The notes under the pieces: generated by a model
Database searches by the model: none
The model's input: the letters and a program-made list of their open reading frames with translations, nothing else
Told to the model about the DNA's origin: nothing
In this document: in pieces, positions 39,171-48,867 of the stretch
Numbering within the stretch: position 1 is the stretch's first letter
Layout: every line of letters begins with the position of its first letter
Position numbers and translations under genes: made by a program
Virus record (IMG/VR): IMGVR_UViG_3300028048_000038
Location: 320,001 to 384,000 of that record
Direction: 5' to 3' (one strand)
DNA from: a virus
Taxonomy: Duplodnaviria > Caudoviricetes
DNA length: 64,000 bases

Positions 39171-39605
39171 TTATTTCTTCTTATTTATCGTGAAATCATT
39201 TTCCTTAAAAGAATATACTAGGTTATTGGCAATTGTACTAACCTTTCTCTTAAACAAATCATTTAAGTCTTGTAATTGCTTTTTATTCTTCTCATTTTGA
39301 CGCAAATAGAAGTCGAATGAGAGGAATTTTTTCTCCCTTGGGGCAAGTCCATCAATATTGATATCAAAGTCCAATATAAAGCGATTATCGAAGTTTATCC
39401 CATCAATTAGGAATGACTTTATATTTCTCTTCATATTCTTCTCAATGTTGTCAATAACATCGGCATAATTCATTTCCCTTTGGGGTGACACCCAACACTT
39501 TCCACTCACGTATACAACTTGTGGGTTATTTCTGTTTACCGTGCCATATTTCAAGGAAATATGATTGCACACATCTAACTTATATTCCTTGTTTAGTCGT
39601 TTCAT
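39171..39605 (-). CDS. hypothetical protein (144 aa)
   Basis: Clean ORF in the head region. Confidence 0.65.
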   Translation of the reverse strand: MKRLNKEYKLDVCNHISLKYGTVNRNNPQVVYVSGKCWVSPQREMNYADVIDNIEKNMKRNIKSFLIDGINFDNRFILDFDINIDGLAPREKKFLSFDFYLRQNEKNKKQLQDLNDLFKRKVSTIANNLVYSFKENDFTINKKK

Positions 39606-39666
39606 TTGCTATATCATTTACATTTAAAATATAGCAAAAAATTTCATAAAAATCAAGAGGGAAATA

Positions 39667-39700
39667 TAAAAAAAATGCAGCCATTTCTAGCTGCATTTGT
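39667..39700 (-). terminator. intrinsic terminator
   Basis: AAATGCAGC..GCTGCATTT hairpin with an A-run. Confidence 0.6.
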
Positions 39701-39705
39701 TATGA

Positions 39706-42015
39706 TTAATCATCCATCAAAATATCTCTTATTTCAAGTAACTTTGCAATGTCCTTAACAATGGTTTCCTTATTAAAAGACATTTCATTAATCTGGTCAC
39801 TTAATCCCTTAAGTTCAACATTTTCTGCATCTTCTTTCAACATTTCGTTAATCTTATCGATGCATTCATTTTTGAACTTATTGAATAGCTTCTCCTTTCT
39901 CTGTTCTGCAATTGGAGTTCTGAAGTCAGTGATTTGTTGAACAAATGACATTTCAGACTCATTAAGGTTGTTCTTAAGTTTTTCCTCAAACTCACTAATC
40001 AATTCGTCTGGAGTCTTACCTTCATTAATTTTATCTGACTTATGAGCATCCATCCATTTACAAACGGCATCGTAACTTTCAACAAGAGGAATCATGTTAT
40101 TTGTGTTTCTCTTTGTTGTAAGGATTACATCACCATTTTCATAAAGTTTTCTTGATTCTTCATCAACAAACTCAGTTGGTTTCACACCGTTTTCAATCAT
40201 CACCTTTCTAAGCTTTCTATTTGAAGCTTTAATTGTCTTAAGGTCGATATTCTCGCACACAATCTTTGCAAGTTTTTCAAGTACAACCTCAGAGGTAACA
40301 ATCTCTGCATGTTTGCTATTATATTGTTCCTTGATTACATTATAGAAATCAAATTCACTCTTCAAGTTCTTATCTTCTCTGATTGTATTGATAACGTCCT
40401 TAACTGCCTTTTTGTTCGTCTTGATGAGCGTTGGAAGTTCATTCTCGAAGATATGGTTCAAGATACCGAAATTGGTCGTATTCATTTCTTCCATGAGTTC
40501 TTTCTCATGTTTGCTGTCTTCAATAGCCTCATCGAGCATTTCCTTAACATATTCATACGCCTTGTAGTCATCCTTCTGTAATGCCTCAGACATTATGTTA
40601 ATATAGTTTGAAAACTCTTCTTGATATTTGTTGTTTTTCATATTTATATTGTTTTCTTTTATTGTTTGTTTAGGTTCTTTTTCTTCTTGATGTATTAATG
40701 AATTATATTGTGCAATCGTCATATTGCCCAACTTGGCTGTTTTAGCTGCCAATGTTGAATTAGGTTCATTATATTTTTTAATCGTATCTAGAATCCATCC
40801 ATCAACTAGTGGTTTAAAATCCCTTTCCATCTGGTGCTCATCTCTTGATTCATCGGCAGTGATTCCTTGTTCGATATAATCAACCACATTAATGTTCTTT
40901 TGTGATAAGGAATCATTTTCCCAAGTAATTTTATTATACCAATTAGGGACAATATACGTTAAATGTTTCCACTTCTCAACACCGCCCATTAGGTTAAGTA
41001 GTTTTTCAAGTGTATTTGAAGATACTCTATACCATGTTGTGATTACATCAGCATCTAGAAATATACGTCCATTATAAGCTGTTGTTGCGTATATTGAAGA
41101 GGCAATATCCTTAACTTCCATGTCTTCAATGTCCTCACAATTAATCGCCTTACCAATTATATTTTCTGCAATGCCCATACAGATATCACGATGACAGATA
41201 TCAGTTTTATATATGAATTCCTTTTTACCATCCAATGACGTTTGAAAGAAACCAAATGATATCACATTCTTATCTTTGTAGGATATACTGTTTAGATATA
41301 CTCCGTCATCATCGTCAAATTCATCAATCGTGTCTGGGTCTCCTTGAAAATATTCATCAATTCTTTGCCTATTCTCTTGATACAGTGTTGCATTCCTCTG
41401 CGCAAGTGATTTCCAACCTTCCTTTTCCTTTTGAGTCTGCCAAGTCTTTTGGGTATCGTTATAACTTCTTATAATCTCAATAACCCTCTTATCAATGGCA
41501 AATGGCTCGTTAATTTCATCAAAACCATCATCACCATTACTATTTGACTCTATGTATTCGGCTACTGTTGGATTTTCCTCAAATGCATTCTGAGAGTCTT
41601 CCACTACCAATATATAGTTGTATGGGTCTATATTAAGTTCCTTGACAATCTTTCTAACCATTCTAGAGCTTGGAAGATACCAAAATGCCATGATGCTAGG
41701 ATACTTATCAGTATCAAATGTCCATATCCTTCCACGACAATATGACTTTCCATAACACTGTCTTTCAATCCAAGGAATGTAAGTATCCTTTATATGGCTG
41801 ATTGCCTTTCCCATTAATTTCTTTGCTGCTTGCGCTGCAATCATAAGATGAGTTGTTGAACCAGTCATAAATATGTACTCGTTGTCTAATGAAACAGGGA
41901 AATATCCGAAAGATATTGCCATTTCATTATCCCACTTCCAAGTTACTTGATTAGTTATATCGTATACTGTATCTGGAGTGCCTTCAAAATACTCTAGTAT
42001 CCTTTTACTTTCCAT
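39706..42015 (-). CDS. head-associated protein with duplicated N-terminal domain (769 aa)
   Basis: Two related modules (EYFEGTPDT..ISFGYF.VSLD and EYFQGDPDT..ISFGFF.TSLD) followed by a helical C-terminal domain; downstream of portal. Confidence 0.6.
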   Translation of the reverse strand: MESKRILEYFEGTPDTVYDITNQVTWKWDNEMAISFGYFPVSLDNEYIFMTGSTTHLMIAAQAAKKLMGKAISHIKDTYIPWIERQCYGKSYCRGRIWTFDTDKYPSIMAFWYLPSSRMVRKIVKELNIDPYNYILVVEDSQNAFEENPTVAEYIESNSNGDDGFDEINEPFAIDKRVIEIIRSYNDTQKTWQTQKEKEGWKSLAQRNATLYQENRQRIDEYFQGDPDTIDEFDDDDGVYLNSISYKDKNVISFGFFQTSLDGKKEFIYKTDICHRDICMGIAENIIGKAINCEDIEDMEVKDIASSIYATTAYNGRIFLDADVITTWYRVSSNTLEKLLNLMGGVEKWKHLTYIVPNWYNKITWENDSLSQKNINVVDYIEQGITADESRDEHQMERDFKPLVDGWILDTIKKYNEPNSTLAAKTAKLGNMTIAQYNSLIHQEEKEPKQTIKENNINMKNNKYQEEFSNYINIMSEALQKDDYKAYEYVKEMLDEAIEDSKHEKELMEEMNTTNFGILNHIFENELPTLIKTNKKAVKDVINTIREDKNLKSEFDFYNVIKEQYNSKHAEIVTSEVVLEKLAKIVCENIDLKTIKASNRKLRKVMIENGVKPTEFVDEESRKLYENGDVILTTKRNTNNMIPLVESYDAVCKWMDAHKSDKINEGKTPDELISEFEEKLKNNLNESEMSFVQQITDFRTPIAEQRKEKLFNKFKNECIDKINEMLKEDAENVELKGLSDQINEMSFNKETIVKDIAKLLEIRDILMDD

Positions 42016-42084
42016 TCAAACATTATTTCATATAAATATCATGTTTAACAGAAAAAGCGTGACAGTTACTGCCACGCCCTTATC

Positions 42085-44130
42085 TTATTTGTCATCAACA
42101 AACTTACCAAGTTCATCAATCATCTTATCAAATTCTTCATTAATCAACAATGAATCCTCATCATAAACATCTGCACGCTTGTACTCAGTTTCTCTATGCT
42201 TCTCATTGCGTTCCTTCAAAGTTGAAAGATACTTATTGAACATTTCATCAAGCTTATTGTTCTTCTGCTCATTTATCAGTGGCTTGTTTGAATATCTAGA
42301 CTCCATTGGCGCATTTGGGTCACTTCCCATATCGGCTGTTGGCATTGAACCCTCTTGGGCTGGTGCCGTTCCACTACCATCATCCATTGGTGCTCCCATA
42401 TCTCCACCCATATCAGGTGCGTCTCCCATTGGAGGAGGTGGTGCTCCCATTCCACCGCCCATTCCTCCAGAGCCACCATCCATGCCACTTTGGCCGCCTT
42501 GCATATCATCCATGTATTCTGCTCCTGGTTCACCATAGATTCTATCAACGGTATCGAAGATACCAGTCTTCTTGATAATCTGTGTGGTTTTCTCAAGTTC
42601 AGCGGCAATACCCTTTTCAAGACGTATCTCTTCAAGGTTCTCCTTAATCTCCTTTTCAGACCATTTCATAATCTGCTTAAGAGCACGAGTTTGTGACATA
42701 ACTGGAAGACCATTACCTGGGTCTGATACTGCGTCTCTAACAGCATCAATCTTCTTCTGCATGTTCTCAATCTCCAATCCTTCAGCTTGTGTTGATGGAT
42801 TATTCATCGTCAATGAGAAATTGGTCAACTCATCATTGAAACCTAACAAGAACAAGTGGATTGAAGCCACTTTTGTAAGTTCCATCAAGAATGCTTGCTG
42901 TATTCTGTTTACTGTTCTAGTGAAACGAATATCCATAAGTGCAAGATTCTTACCGTCACCAACACCTTCCTCGAAATTCAAGAATGACTTAGGTATTCTA
43001 AGTGAAGTCAACACCTTATTCTGCACAAACTTGATATCATCAAGAGCTGTCATGTTCTGACCAGCTGAAAGCGTATCAATTGGAGTTGGTGCATTCTCAT
43101 CACGTACTGGAATAAATATATCATTGTCAATTCCAAGAATATTCTTACGAAGGTCAACTTGACCAGTTACTGGGTCAATAATCGGTGTTCTCTTAAACTC
43201 ATTGGCAATTCTCTCTACATATGCTTCAACATCAGCATCATCAATAGCTCCAACGAAAATCTTATACACACGTCTTTCAACTGAACGCTCAAGACGATAG
43301 ATAAGCATCATATCTTCCATCAATGAAAGCATCCTCCAATGCCTACGTGCGCCATTAAGGTAACTCACACCATAAGGTAAATACAATGAGTTTGTGAGCA
43401 ATCTAAAATGAGCAATCTGCCAATCTCTGAATGGTACTTGTGAATTATTATCATCCAACCAAATAAACTGAGTTGATAGGTCTGCATCATCCTTTGTTAC
43501 ACCGTTAACAGCGATTGATGAGCCAGCACCATAAGGATTTTGAACCCCATTTTCAATTCTCTCCATATTGAATACTGGAAGCTGTTTCCAACCCTTAACA
43601 CCATTTTTATGGTCAATATCCAATAACATAAATTGATTACCATACTTACACATAGCACGGATAATCATCTGACCAGTTAATTGGATGTTAAGTCTATTCA
43701 CGAACAAATCCTCAAGAATGCTCTTGATTCTATCTGACTTGGAATAAACATTAACAACCATTCCCTTGTCATTAACAATCGTACTTTCCTCAGAAACAAT
43801 ATCAAGTGCTGCACTAATCTCTGGAAATGCATCCATCAAATCACCATCACGATACATTAACTTGACATTGTTCAAACCACTATATGCGGTTACAGCTAGG
43901 TTAACATTAGTCTTAACCCATCTATCCTTCAAGTACTTATCTTGCTGAAGCTCTAGTTTCTTCTGTAAATAGTCATCCCTATCTGTTGTCCTATATATTA
44001 CATTCTTACCATCACTAGGAGTCAAATCATATGAATTAATATGTGGCTCTGCTATTGATGTAGATGAAGAAGTCCAACGTCCAGTTATGGCTTTATCTAG
44101 GGCTTGAAAAACTGTATTCTTTTTTGCCAT
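42085..44130 (-). CDS. portal protein (T4 gp20-like)
   Basis: PEISAALDIVSEE, IAHFRL, LMEDMMLIYRLERSVERRVYKI.VG, IDTL..G.N..DDIKF, D.RF.R.V.RIQ. Confidence 0.93.
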   Translation of the reverse strand: MAKKNTVFQALDKAITGRWTSSSTSIAEPHINSYDLTPSDGKNVIYRTTDRDDYLQKKLELQQDKYLKDRWVKTNVNLAVTAYSGLNNVKLMYRDGDLMDAFPEISAALDIVSEESTIVNDKGMVVNVYSKSDRIKSILEDLFVNRLNIQLTGQMIIRAMCKYGNQFMLLDIDHKNGVKGWKQLPVFNMERIENGVQNPYGAGSSIAVNGVTKDDADLSTQFIWLDDNNSQVPFRDWQIAHFRLLTNSLYLPYGVSYLNGARRHWRMLSLMEDMMLIYRLERSVERRVYKIFVGAIDDADVEAYVERIANEFKRTPIIDPVTGQVDLRKNILGIDNDIFIPVRDENAPTPIDTLSAGQNMTALDDIKFVQNKVLTSLRIPKSFLNFEEGVGDGKNLALMDIRFTRTVNRIQQAFLMELTKVASIHLFLLGFNDELTNFSLTMNNPSTQAEGLEIENMQKKIDAVRDAVSDPGNGLPVMSQTRALKQIMKWSEKEIKENLEEIRLEKGIAAELEKTTQIIKKTGIFDTVDRIYGEPGAEYMDDMQGGQSGMDGGSGGMGGGMGAPPPPMGDAPDMGGDMGAPMDDGSGTAPAQEGSMPTADMGSDPNAPMESRYSNKPLINEQKNNKLDEMFNKYLSTLKERNEKHRETEYKRADVYDEDSLLINEEFDKMIDELGKFVDDK

Positions 44131-44178
44131 TTTTATAAAAAATAATAAATTTATTTATAAATATAAATATTTGTTACT

Positions 44179-46056
44179 TTACTTAACTCCTCCAAATAGC
44201 CACATACAACTTCCACCTATATTACTATATTTCTCAATACGTTTCTTTGAACTGTAGAAAGGTAAACCAGTCTTAGGTGCAATAGTCTCTCCACTCTTCA
44301 TCTTTGGTTTATTCATACTGATTGCACGATTCATCATATACGCATTAAGAATAGCCTTATCCTTATTGGCTGTATTTTGTATCCTATTAACAGTGTACTG
44401 CATAACGAACAATCCCATAGCCAATGCTGTAAGAGTATCGTCATGAGCACCGTCTTGGTGGTCAATTCTAGCTGTCTCACCCTTGAATATCCAAGTCTCA
44501 AGTTCGTTGATTACCCTAGCTGAACGAATCTTGAACTCATTGTTACGGACAAGACCTGCGAAGTTTGCAAGTACTGGATAACGGTTTCCTTGGAAGTGGA
44601 AACCTGGAAGTTTATCCGTATATCCATCATAGTTCTTTGTTGACCTCTGAACCATATATGTCTTTTGGTTTGAATCCTCATAATACATGTTTTTATAACC
44701 CATGTTTATAAGTGTTAATATGGCAGCATCTCCTTGACCACCAGTACAGTCAACGACAATGAATGCATCATTATACATTGTTGCATATTGATAACATAAT
44801 GCTCCAATATCATCACCCAATTTCTTTCCAACATATTCTCCAACTTGCTCGATAATCGGTAGTCCATTCTCGTCCCTACCATCCATATCAATAATCTCAA
44901 TGGCTGTTCTATCGGCAGATACGCCTCTTGATGGGTCACATGCAAGAATATAACGGTGTCCCTCAATAGGACGTTTCCAAAACCAAGTCTCTTCAACTAA
45001 TGGGTCATGAAAATCATCAAGTGGCTCTCTTGTGTTAAGCTTCTCTTGCATTTCAATGAACTCTGGAGCAACAACGTTGTCGGCAGAACCCATGAACGAT
45101 ACATCAAGCTCTTGGGCAATCTTCATTGAGTCATTGTTGAACTGCTTGCACATTTCATCATACCAAGGCGCTGTAGGTTTCCAACCATTGTGTTCAAGTC
45201 TAGCCCATCTTTCCTCATCATACTTCACTCCTCCCTCACTGTCGATTATTGGGTCTTGGTCAAACTCCCATTCACCAGTATCTTCATTTTTCTTCTTCCA
45301 CACAAGATACTTGTTGAATCTTGGGTCTTGATACCAACGGAACTGTACTGCCACGAAGTTATTCTCATGGCTTAATGCTTGCCTATATGTGTTATAGTAA
45401 AGCTCGTCTCTACCGTTAGGGGTAGATACCATAACAGTCTTAGAATTAGGGTTAGATGCCATAGTTGCAGCAGCAGTGGTAAACGCAGCCACACCTTCCT
45501 CAATAAACGCTGCCTCGTCAAGAATCAAGACGGATACAGCAGAGATACCACGAGAAGCATTAGGACCAGATGCACGTGCAATGATTCTACAACCATTGAA
45601 CAACTTCAGCTCACCTTTTGCATCCTTTAAAAAAATTGATTTTAGATTTTTTTCTGAATTAGGGTCAACTGAGAAATATTCATTACCCCAATACCATCTA
45701 GGAACTTGCTCAAGGAAATCTCTTACCTTTATGATAATTTCTTGCGCTTGTTCAAGCTTATTGGCAATACACAAAACAGTCTCAGGTGCCTCTGCTGATG
45801 CAAATGCACACTGGGCTGCTGCCCAAGCACTTGATAGTGTTGTAATACCACACTGTCTTGGCTTAATTGCAACAACGTTTCTGTTTTCCGCAAGAGCCTT
45901 GAGGAACGCTCTCTGACGTGGAAAACAGTGGAATTGTGTTTTCTTACCCTTAGTTGCATTAAAGGTAGAGAAATACTTTTCTATAAATGTAATTCTTGAT
46001 TTGTCGGCATAGCATTGAGCATAATCGCTTGCCATTTGTTGTCTATCGTAAATCAT
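44179..46056 (-). CDS. terminase large subunit (T4 gp17-like)
   Basis: KPRQCGITT, LILDEAAFI (Walker B), VSTPNG, AQEL..SF, ACDPSRG, HDDTLTAL nuclease motifs. Confidence 0.95.
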   Translation of the reverse strand: MIYDRQQMASDYAQCYADKSRITFIEKYFSTFNATKGKKTQFHCFPRQRAFLKALAENRNVVAIKPRQCGITTLSSAWAAAQCAFASAEAPETVLCIANKLEQAQEIIIKVRDFLEQVPRWYWGNEYFSVDPNSEKNLKSIFLKDAKGELKLFNGCRIIARASGPNASRGISAVSVLILDEAAFIEEGVAAFTTAAATMASNPNSKTVMVSTPNGRDELYYNTYRQALSHENNFVAVQFRWYQDPRFNKYLVWKKKNEDTGEWEFDQDPIIDSEGGVKYDEERWARLEHNGWKPTAPWYDEMCKQFNNDSMKIAQELDVSFMGSADNVVAPEFIEMQEKLNTREPLDDFHDPLVEETWFWKRPIEGHRYILACDPSRGVSADRTAIEIIDMDGRDENGLPIIEQVGEYVGKKLGDDIGALCYQYATMYNDAFIVVDCTGGQGDAAILTLINMGYKNMYYEDSNQKTYMVQRSTKNYDGYTDKLPGFHFQGNRYPVLANFAGLVRNNEFKIRSARVINELETWIFKGETARIDHQDGAHDDTLTALAMGLFVMQYTVNRIQNTANKDKAILNAYMMNRAISMNKPKMKSGETIAPKTGLPFYSSKKRIEKYSNIGGSCMWLFGGVK

Positions 46057-46129
46057 AGTTGTAACAGTATAAATTTAAATAAATATAACAATGTTTCGAA
46101 AAGTTATTCATTTATAAATATTTACAAAC

Positions 46130-46166
46130 AAAAAAAGAGCAACCACAACTGTGATTACTCTTTTTG
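46130..46166 (-). terminator. intrinsic terminator
   Basis: AAAAAAGAGCAACCAC..GTGATTACTCTTTTT hairpin. Confidence 0.5.
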
Positions 46167-47831
46167 TCTTAGCATTGCCATATAGCACATATCATCATGA
46201 TATACATAGATGTTTGGGTTTTGAGCTAGTTTAGCATAAACCTTTGCTATATGTTCCTTATTTATTCTTCTTCCCTCTCCGCTATAGATTGCACCGAACT
46301 CATAGATAAGCTTTGTGTATATCTTTGGTGCTAAACCTAAACGTTGGATTCCTTCATTCAATATAATGTGTATCTGAAGCATTGGTACTCTCTCCTCCTC
46401 ACTGATTCTAATCTTAACGCTCTGTGCCATAAGGAGAATCATCTGTCTTGGCATTATCTCGCCATTGATAGTTACAATCAAGTCCTCAGTGACACCATTA
46501 ACGTTTCCCTCAAGGAAATCAATGTTATCTACGGTTGCAGATTGTACCAATTGTTGATAATATTCAATAGGCTTCTGAGGTTCTGCCTCATATTGCCCCA
46601 TTACATCTGCATCCTCGCCCTCTTCAATTACATCACCCTCTGATTCATCTGAATCTATCTCATATCCATTTGTCTCAGCTCCAGTGAAATAAGAATCCTT
46701 AATCAATGATTTATCAATATTCTTCGCATTTATCCTATTGGTAAACTGTTGATAACCATTATCATATTCAGCATTCTTCATTAATTGGTCGATTATCTCA
46801 TTTCCCCTATTGGTATTTGAAAGGATTTCCTTCACGCTTGCGCTGAACTCTTCATTTGGCTGCTTAATGAGGCTTGTAAACATGTATGGTATCATATTGG
46901 TGTCTTCCACCCTACCAAATATCTTGTTCCATAGCGTAACACCAAATCTCAAGTCCCAAGGCTCTGCAAGCACAAAATCAGCCTTTTTAACGACAAACAT
47001 CGCCTTATCCTTATTACTTGGTAGCCCATGTGCTGAAAACAGCTCAAACAAGCCTTTAATGGTCTCTTGGAGCAACAATGGGAATATAATACCTTGTGCC
47101 TTTATTGTGGTTCTCTCACCAACACCACCAAGATGCACTTCAACATATGAGCCTTGCATTGGTTTTTCATCACTCATTTCCTCTTTCTTGGTAAAAAGAA
47201 GATAATCATTGATTGCGATAATCTTCATATACAATGGAATGAGGTCTCTATTAATTCTATCAATATCCTCTATATACAAGCCCAATATTTTTGAATAAGT
47301 ATATGCTGCGCCTTGAATTAATGAATCAATGAAACGTCTCTTTTCAACAGCCTTATCAAACAACTCAATATCATTCACATCATCGAATGTGTATGTAATC
47401 TTATCATCCGATTCTGGTTTCAACCTTATTGCATTTTTGAACTTTATCTTATCTACAAGCTTGCACTTTAGGTTAAGCATTTCCTCTGGGATTGCAAACA
47501 ACCTATTAACGGCATTCTCGCAAATCTTCTCAAGTGTATCTCTAATTGGAAGCTCCATATCTCTACACATCTTGAGAGCATTGCTTAACTCACTCATAAG
47601 ATAGTCTTCATCAAGGCTTTCCAAGCCCAATTTCTCTATTGCATCACACACTTCACCGAATCTAACCTTTAGCAAAGTATAGTCAAAAGGATAGTCACCA
47701 CCACTAGGGAACATACTATTGTCTCCCAATGATGTCTCATGTGCCTTAACGCTTTTGAATAGAAATTGAGGCAAAAGCCTCTTATTCAAAACATTGGCAA
47801 TTGTATTTTCTTTTAGATATATCTTCTTCAT
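46155..47831 (-). CDS. head-associated protein with C-terminal GNAT-like domain
   Basis: MKKIYLKE N-terminus; C-terminal IHIILNEGIQRLGLAPKIY..IYSG resembles the acetyl-CoA motif QxxGxA. Confidence 0.5.
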   Translation of the reverse strand: MKKIYLKENTIANVLNKRLLPQFLFKSVKAHETSLGDNSMFPSGGDYPFDYTLLKVRFGEVCDAIEKLGLESLDEDYLMSELSNALKMCRDMELPIRDTLEKICENAVNRLFAIPEEMLNLKCKLVDKIKFKNAIRLKPESDDKITYTFDDVNDIELFDKAVEKRRFIDSLIQGAAYTYSKILGLYIEDIDRINRDLIPLYMKIIAINDYLLFTKKEEMSDEKPMQGSYVEVHLGGVGERTTIKAQGIIFPLLLQETIKGLFELFSAHGLPSNKDKAMFVVKKADFVLAEPWDLRFGVTLWNKIFGRVEDTNMIPYMFTSLIKQPNEEFSASVKEILSNTNRGNEIIDQLMKNAEYDNGYQQFTNRINAKNIDKSLIKDSYFTGAETNGYEIDSDESEGDVIEEGEDADVMGQYEAEPQKPIEYYQQLVQSATVDNIDFLEGNVNGVTEDLIVTINGEIMPRQMILLMAQSVKIRISEEERVPMLQIHIILNEGIQRLGLAPKIYTKLIYEFGAIYSGEGRRINKEHIAKVYAKLAQNPNIYVYHDDMCYMAMLRQKE

Positions 47832-48301
47832 TATAAGGTACTTAGGAAATCACTTAACTCTTTCTTTGAAAATGGAATCGAGTTCTTCCTCATTTCAATA
47901 ATTCTTGATTCACCTAAACCATTATTATCTACTGAAGATTGTGTTTGTGGTTTTGTGAACGTAATTTGTGCATCATCAGCAGATTGGTCTTTAACCATAT
48001 TCTGTGCTTGAGCAAGCTGTTTTCCAGTTGCATTAATTGGAATTTGAAGTTTCAATCCTTCTCCGTTAGTCACATCTGACTGCCCATCAAGTTTACCTGC
48101 GTCTGCTGATGCTGACACTACACCTGGGTTTCTATTCATCAGTTGTTTTGCCATCATCTGAGCTTGTTGAATACCGTTAGCTGAACCAATATTGGCATCT
48201 ATGCCATTCATTGCCTCATTGAGTCTTAATTGGCTCTTTGAATAGATTCTACCCTCACCAAGTGGTTTCAAATTATTATCTTTCTTAACGAATATTTTCA
48301 T
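47831..48301 (-). CDS. hypothetical head-associated protein (start revised to 48301)
   Basis: MKIFVKK..LGE..LNE; late motif at 48316-48324. Confidence 0.55.
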   Translation of the reverse strand: MKIFVKKDNNLKPLGEGRIYSKSQLRLNEAMNGIDANIGSANGIQQAQMMAKQLMNRNPGVVSASADAGKLDGQSDVTNGEGLKLQIPINATGKQLAQAQNMVKDQSADDAQITFTKPQTQSSVDNNGLGESRIIEMRKNSIPFSKKELSDFLSTL

Positions 48302-48335
48302 ATTACAAATTTTTATATAAATATCTGTACAAAAC

Positions 48336-48368
48336 AAAAAAGGGACACTCTAAAGTATCCCTTTTTAT
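48336..48368 (-). terminator. intrinsic terminator
   Basis: AAAAAGGGACAC..GTATCCCTTTTT hairpin. Confidence 0.6.
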
Positions 48369-48369
48369 A

Positions 48370-48867
48370 TTATTTAAAGTATGGAGATTGGAATGGTGTC
48401 ATTGGTTGATTCCTATATTCTTTTGGCATCTTCTTTTCGGGTCTCTTTGTACCCTCATGGTCATCCAAAACATCATTTATGACCTCATCAATTACACCCT
48501 TGTAGTTGAAGGTTGATTCCATTGGCATTCCACCGTCTTGAGGCATGGCATCTGAATCATCAGCAATGCTCTTCGCATACTTTACGACTGCTGCCTTATC
48601 CTCTGCTGACATGTTATTAACAATGCTGTCTAGTTCATTATCTTCCATGTTTCCACCTTCCATTGGAGGTTGTTGGTCATCCATTGGAGGTTCGCCTCCA
48701 CCCATAGGGTCATTCATCCCCATATCATCAGCACCCATTGGTGGCATTGGAGCATTATCTAAATCACCCATGCCATCCACACTACCACCTAGAGGGTTGC
48801 TGTTTGGTATTTCCAATTTTGTTGGTCTCTCCTCAAAAGCAATTTCGTTTAGTTTATGTTTTTTTTT
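48370..48867 (-). CDS. probable -1 frameshift extension of the 560-aa head protein
   Basis: Frame is open from the A9 run at 48859-48867 and has no ATG near the junction; it is the -1 frame of the upstream ORF. Confidence 0.6.
   Translation of the reverse strand, partial: KKKHKLNEIAFEERPTKLEIPNSNPLGGSVDGMGDLDNAPMPPMGADDMGMNDPMGGGEPPMDDQQPPMEGGNMEDNELDSIVNNMSAEDKAAVVKYAKSIADDSDAMPQDGGMPMESTFNYKGVIDEVINDVLDDHEGTKRPEKKMPKEYRNQPMTPFQSPYFK

Noticed and set aside
45835-45870. Inactive terminase because Walker A lacks GKT
   Set aside because: KPRQCGITT fits the deviant Walker A forms seen in large terminases; Walker B and nuclease motifs are intact.
26886-46056. Inteins or group I introns in sheath, MCP, portal or terminase
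   Set aside because: ORFs are continuous and no C...HN intein termini or LAGLIDADG motifs were seen; the endonucleases are free-standing.
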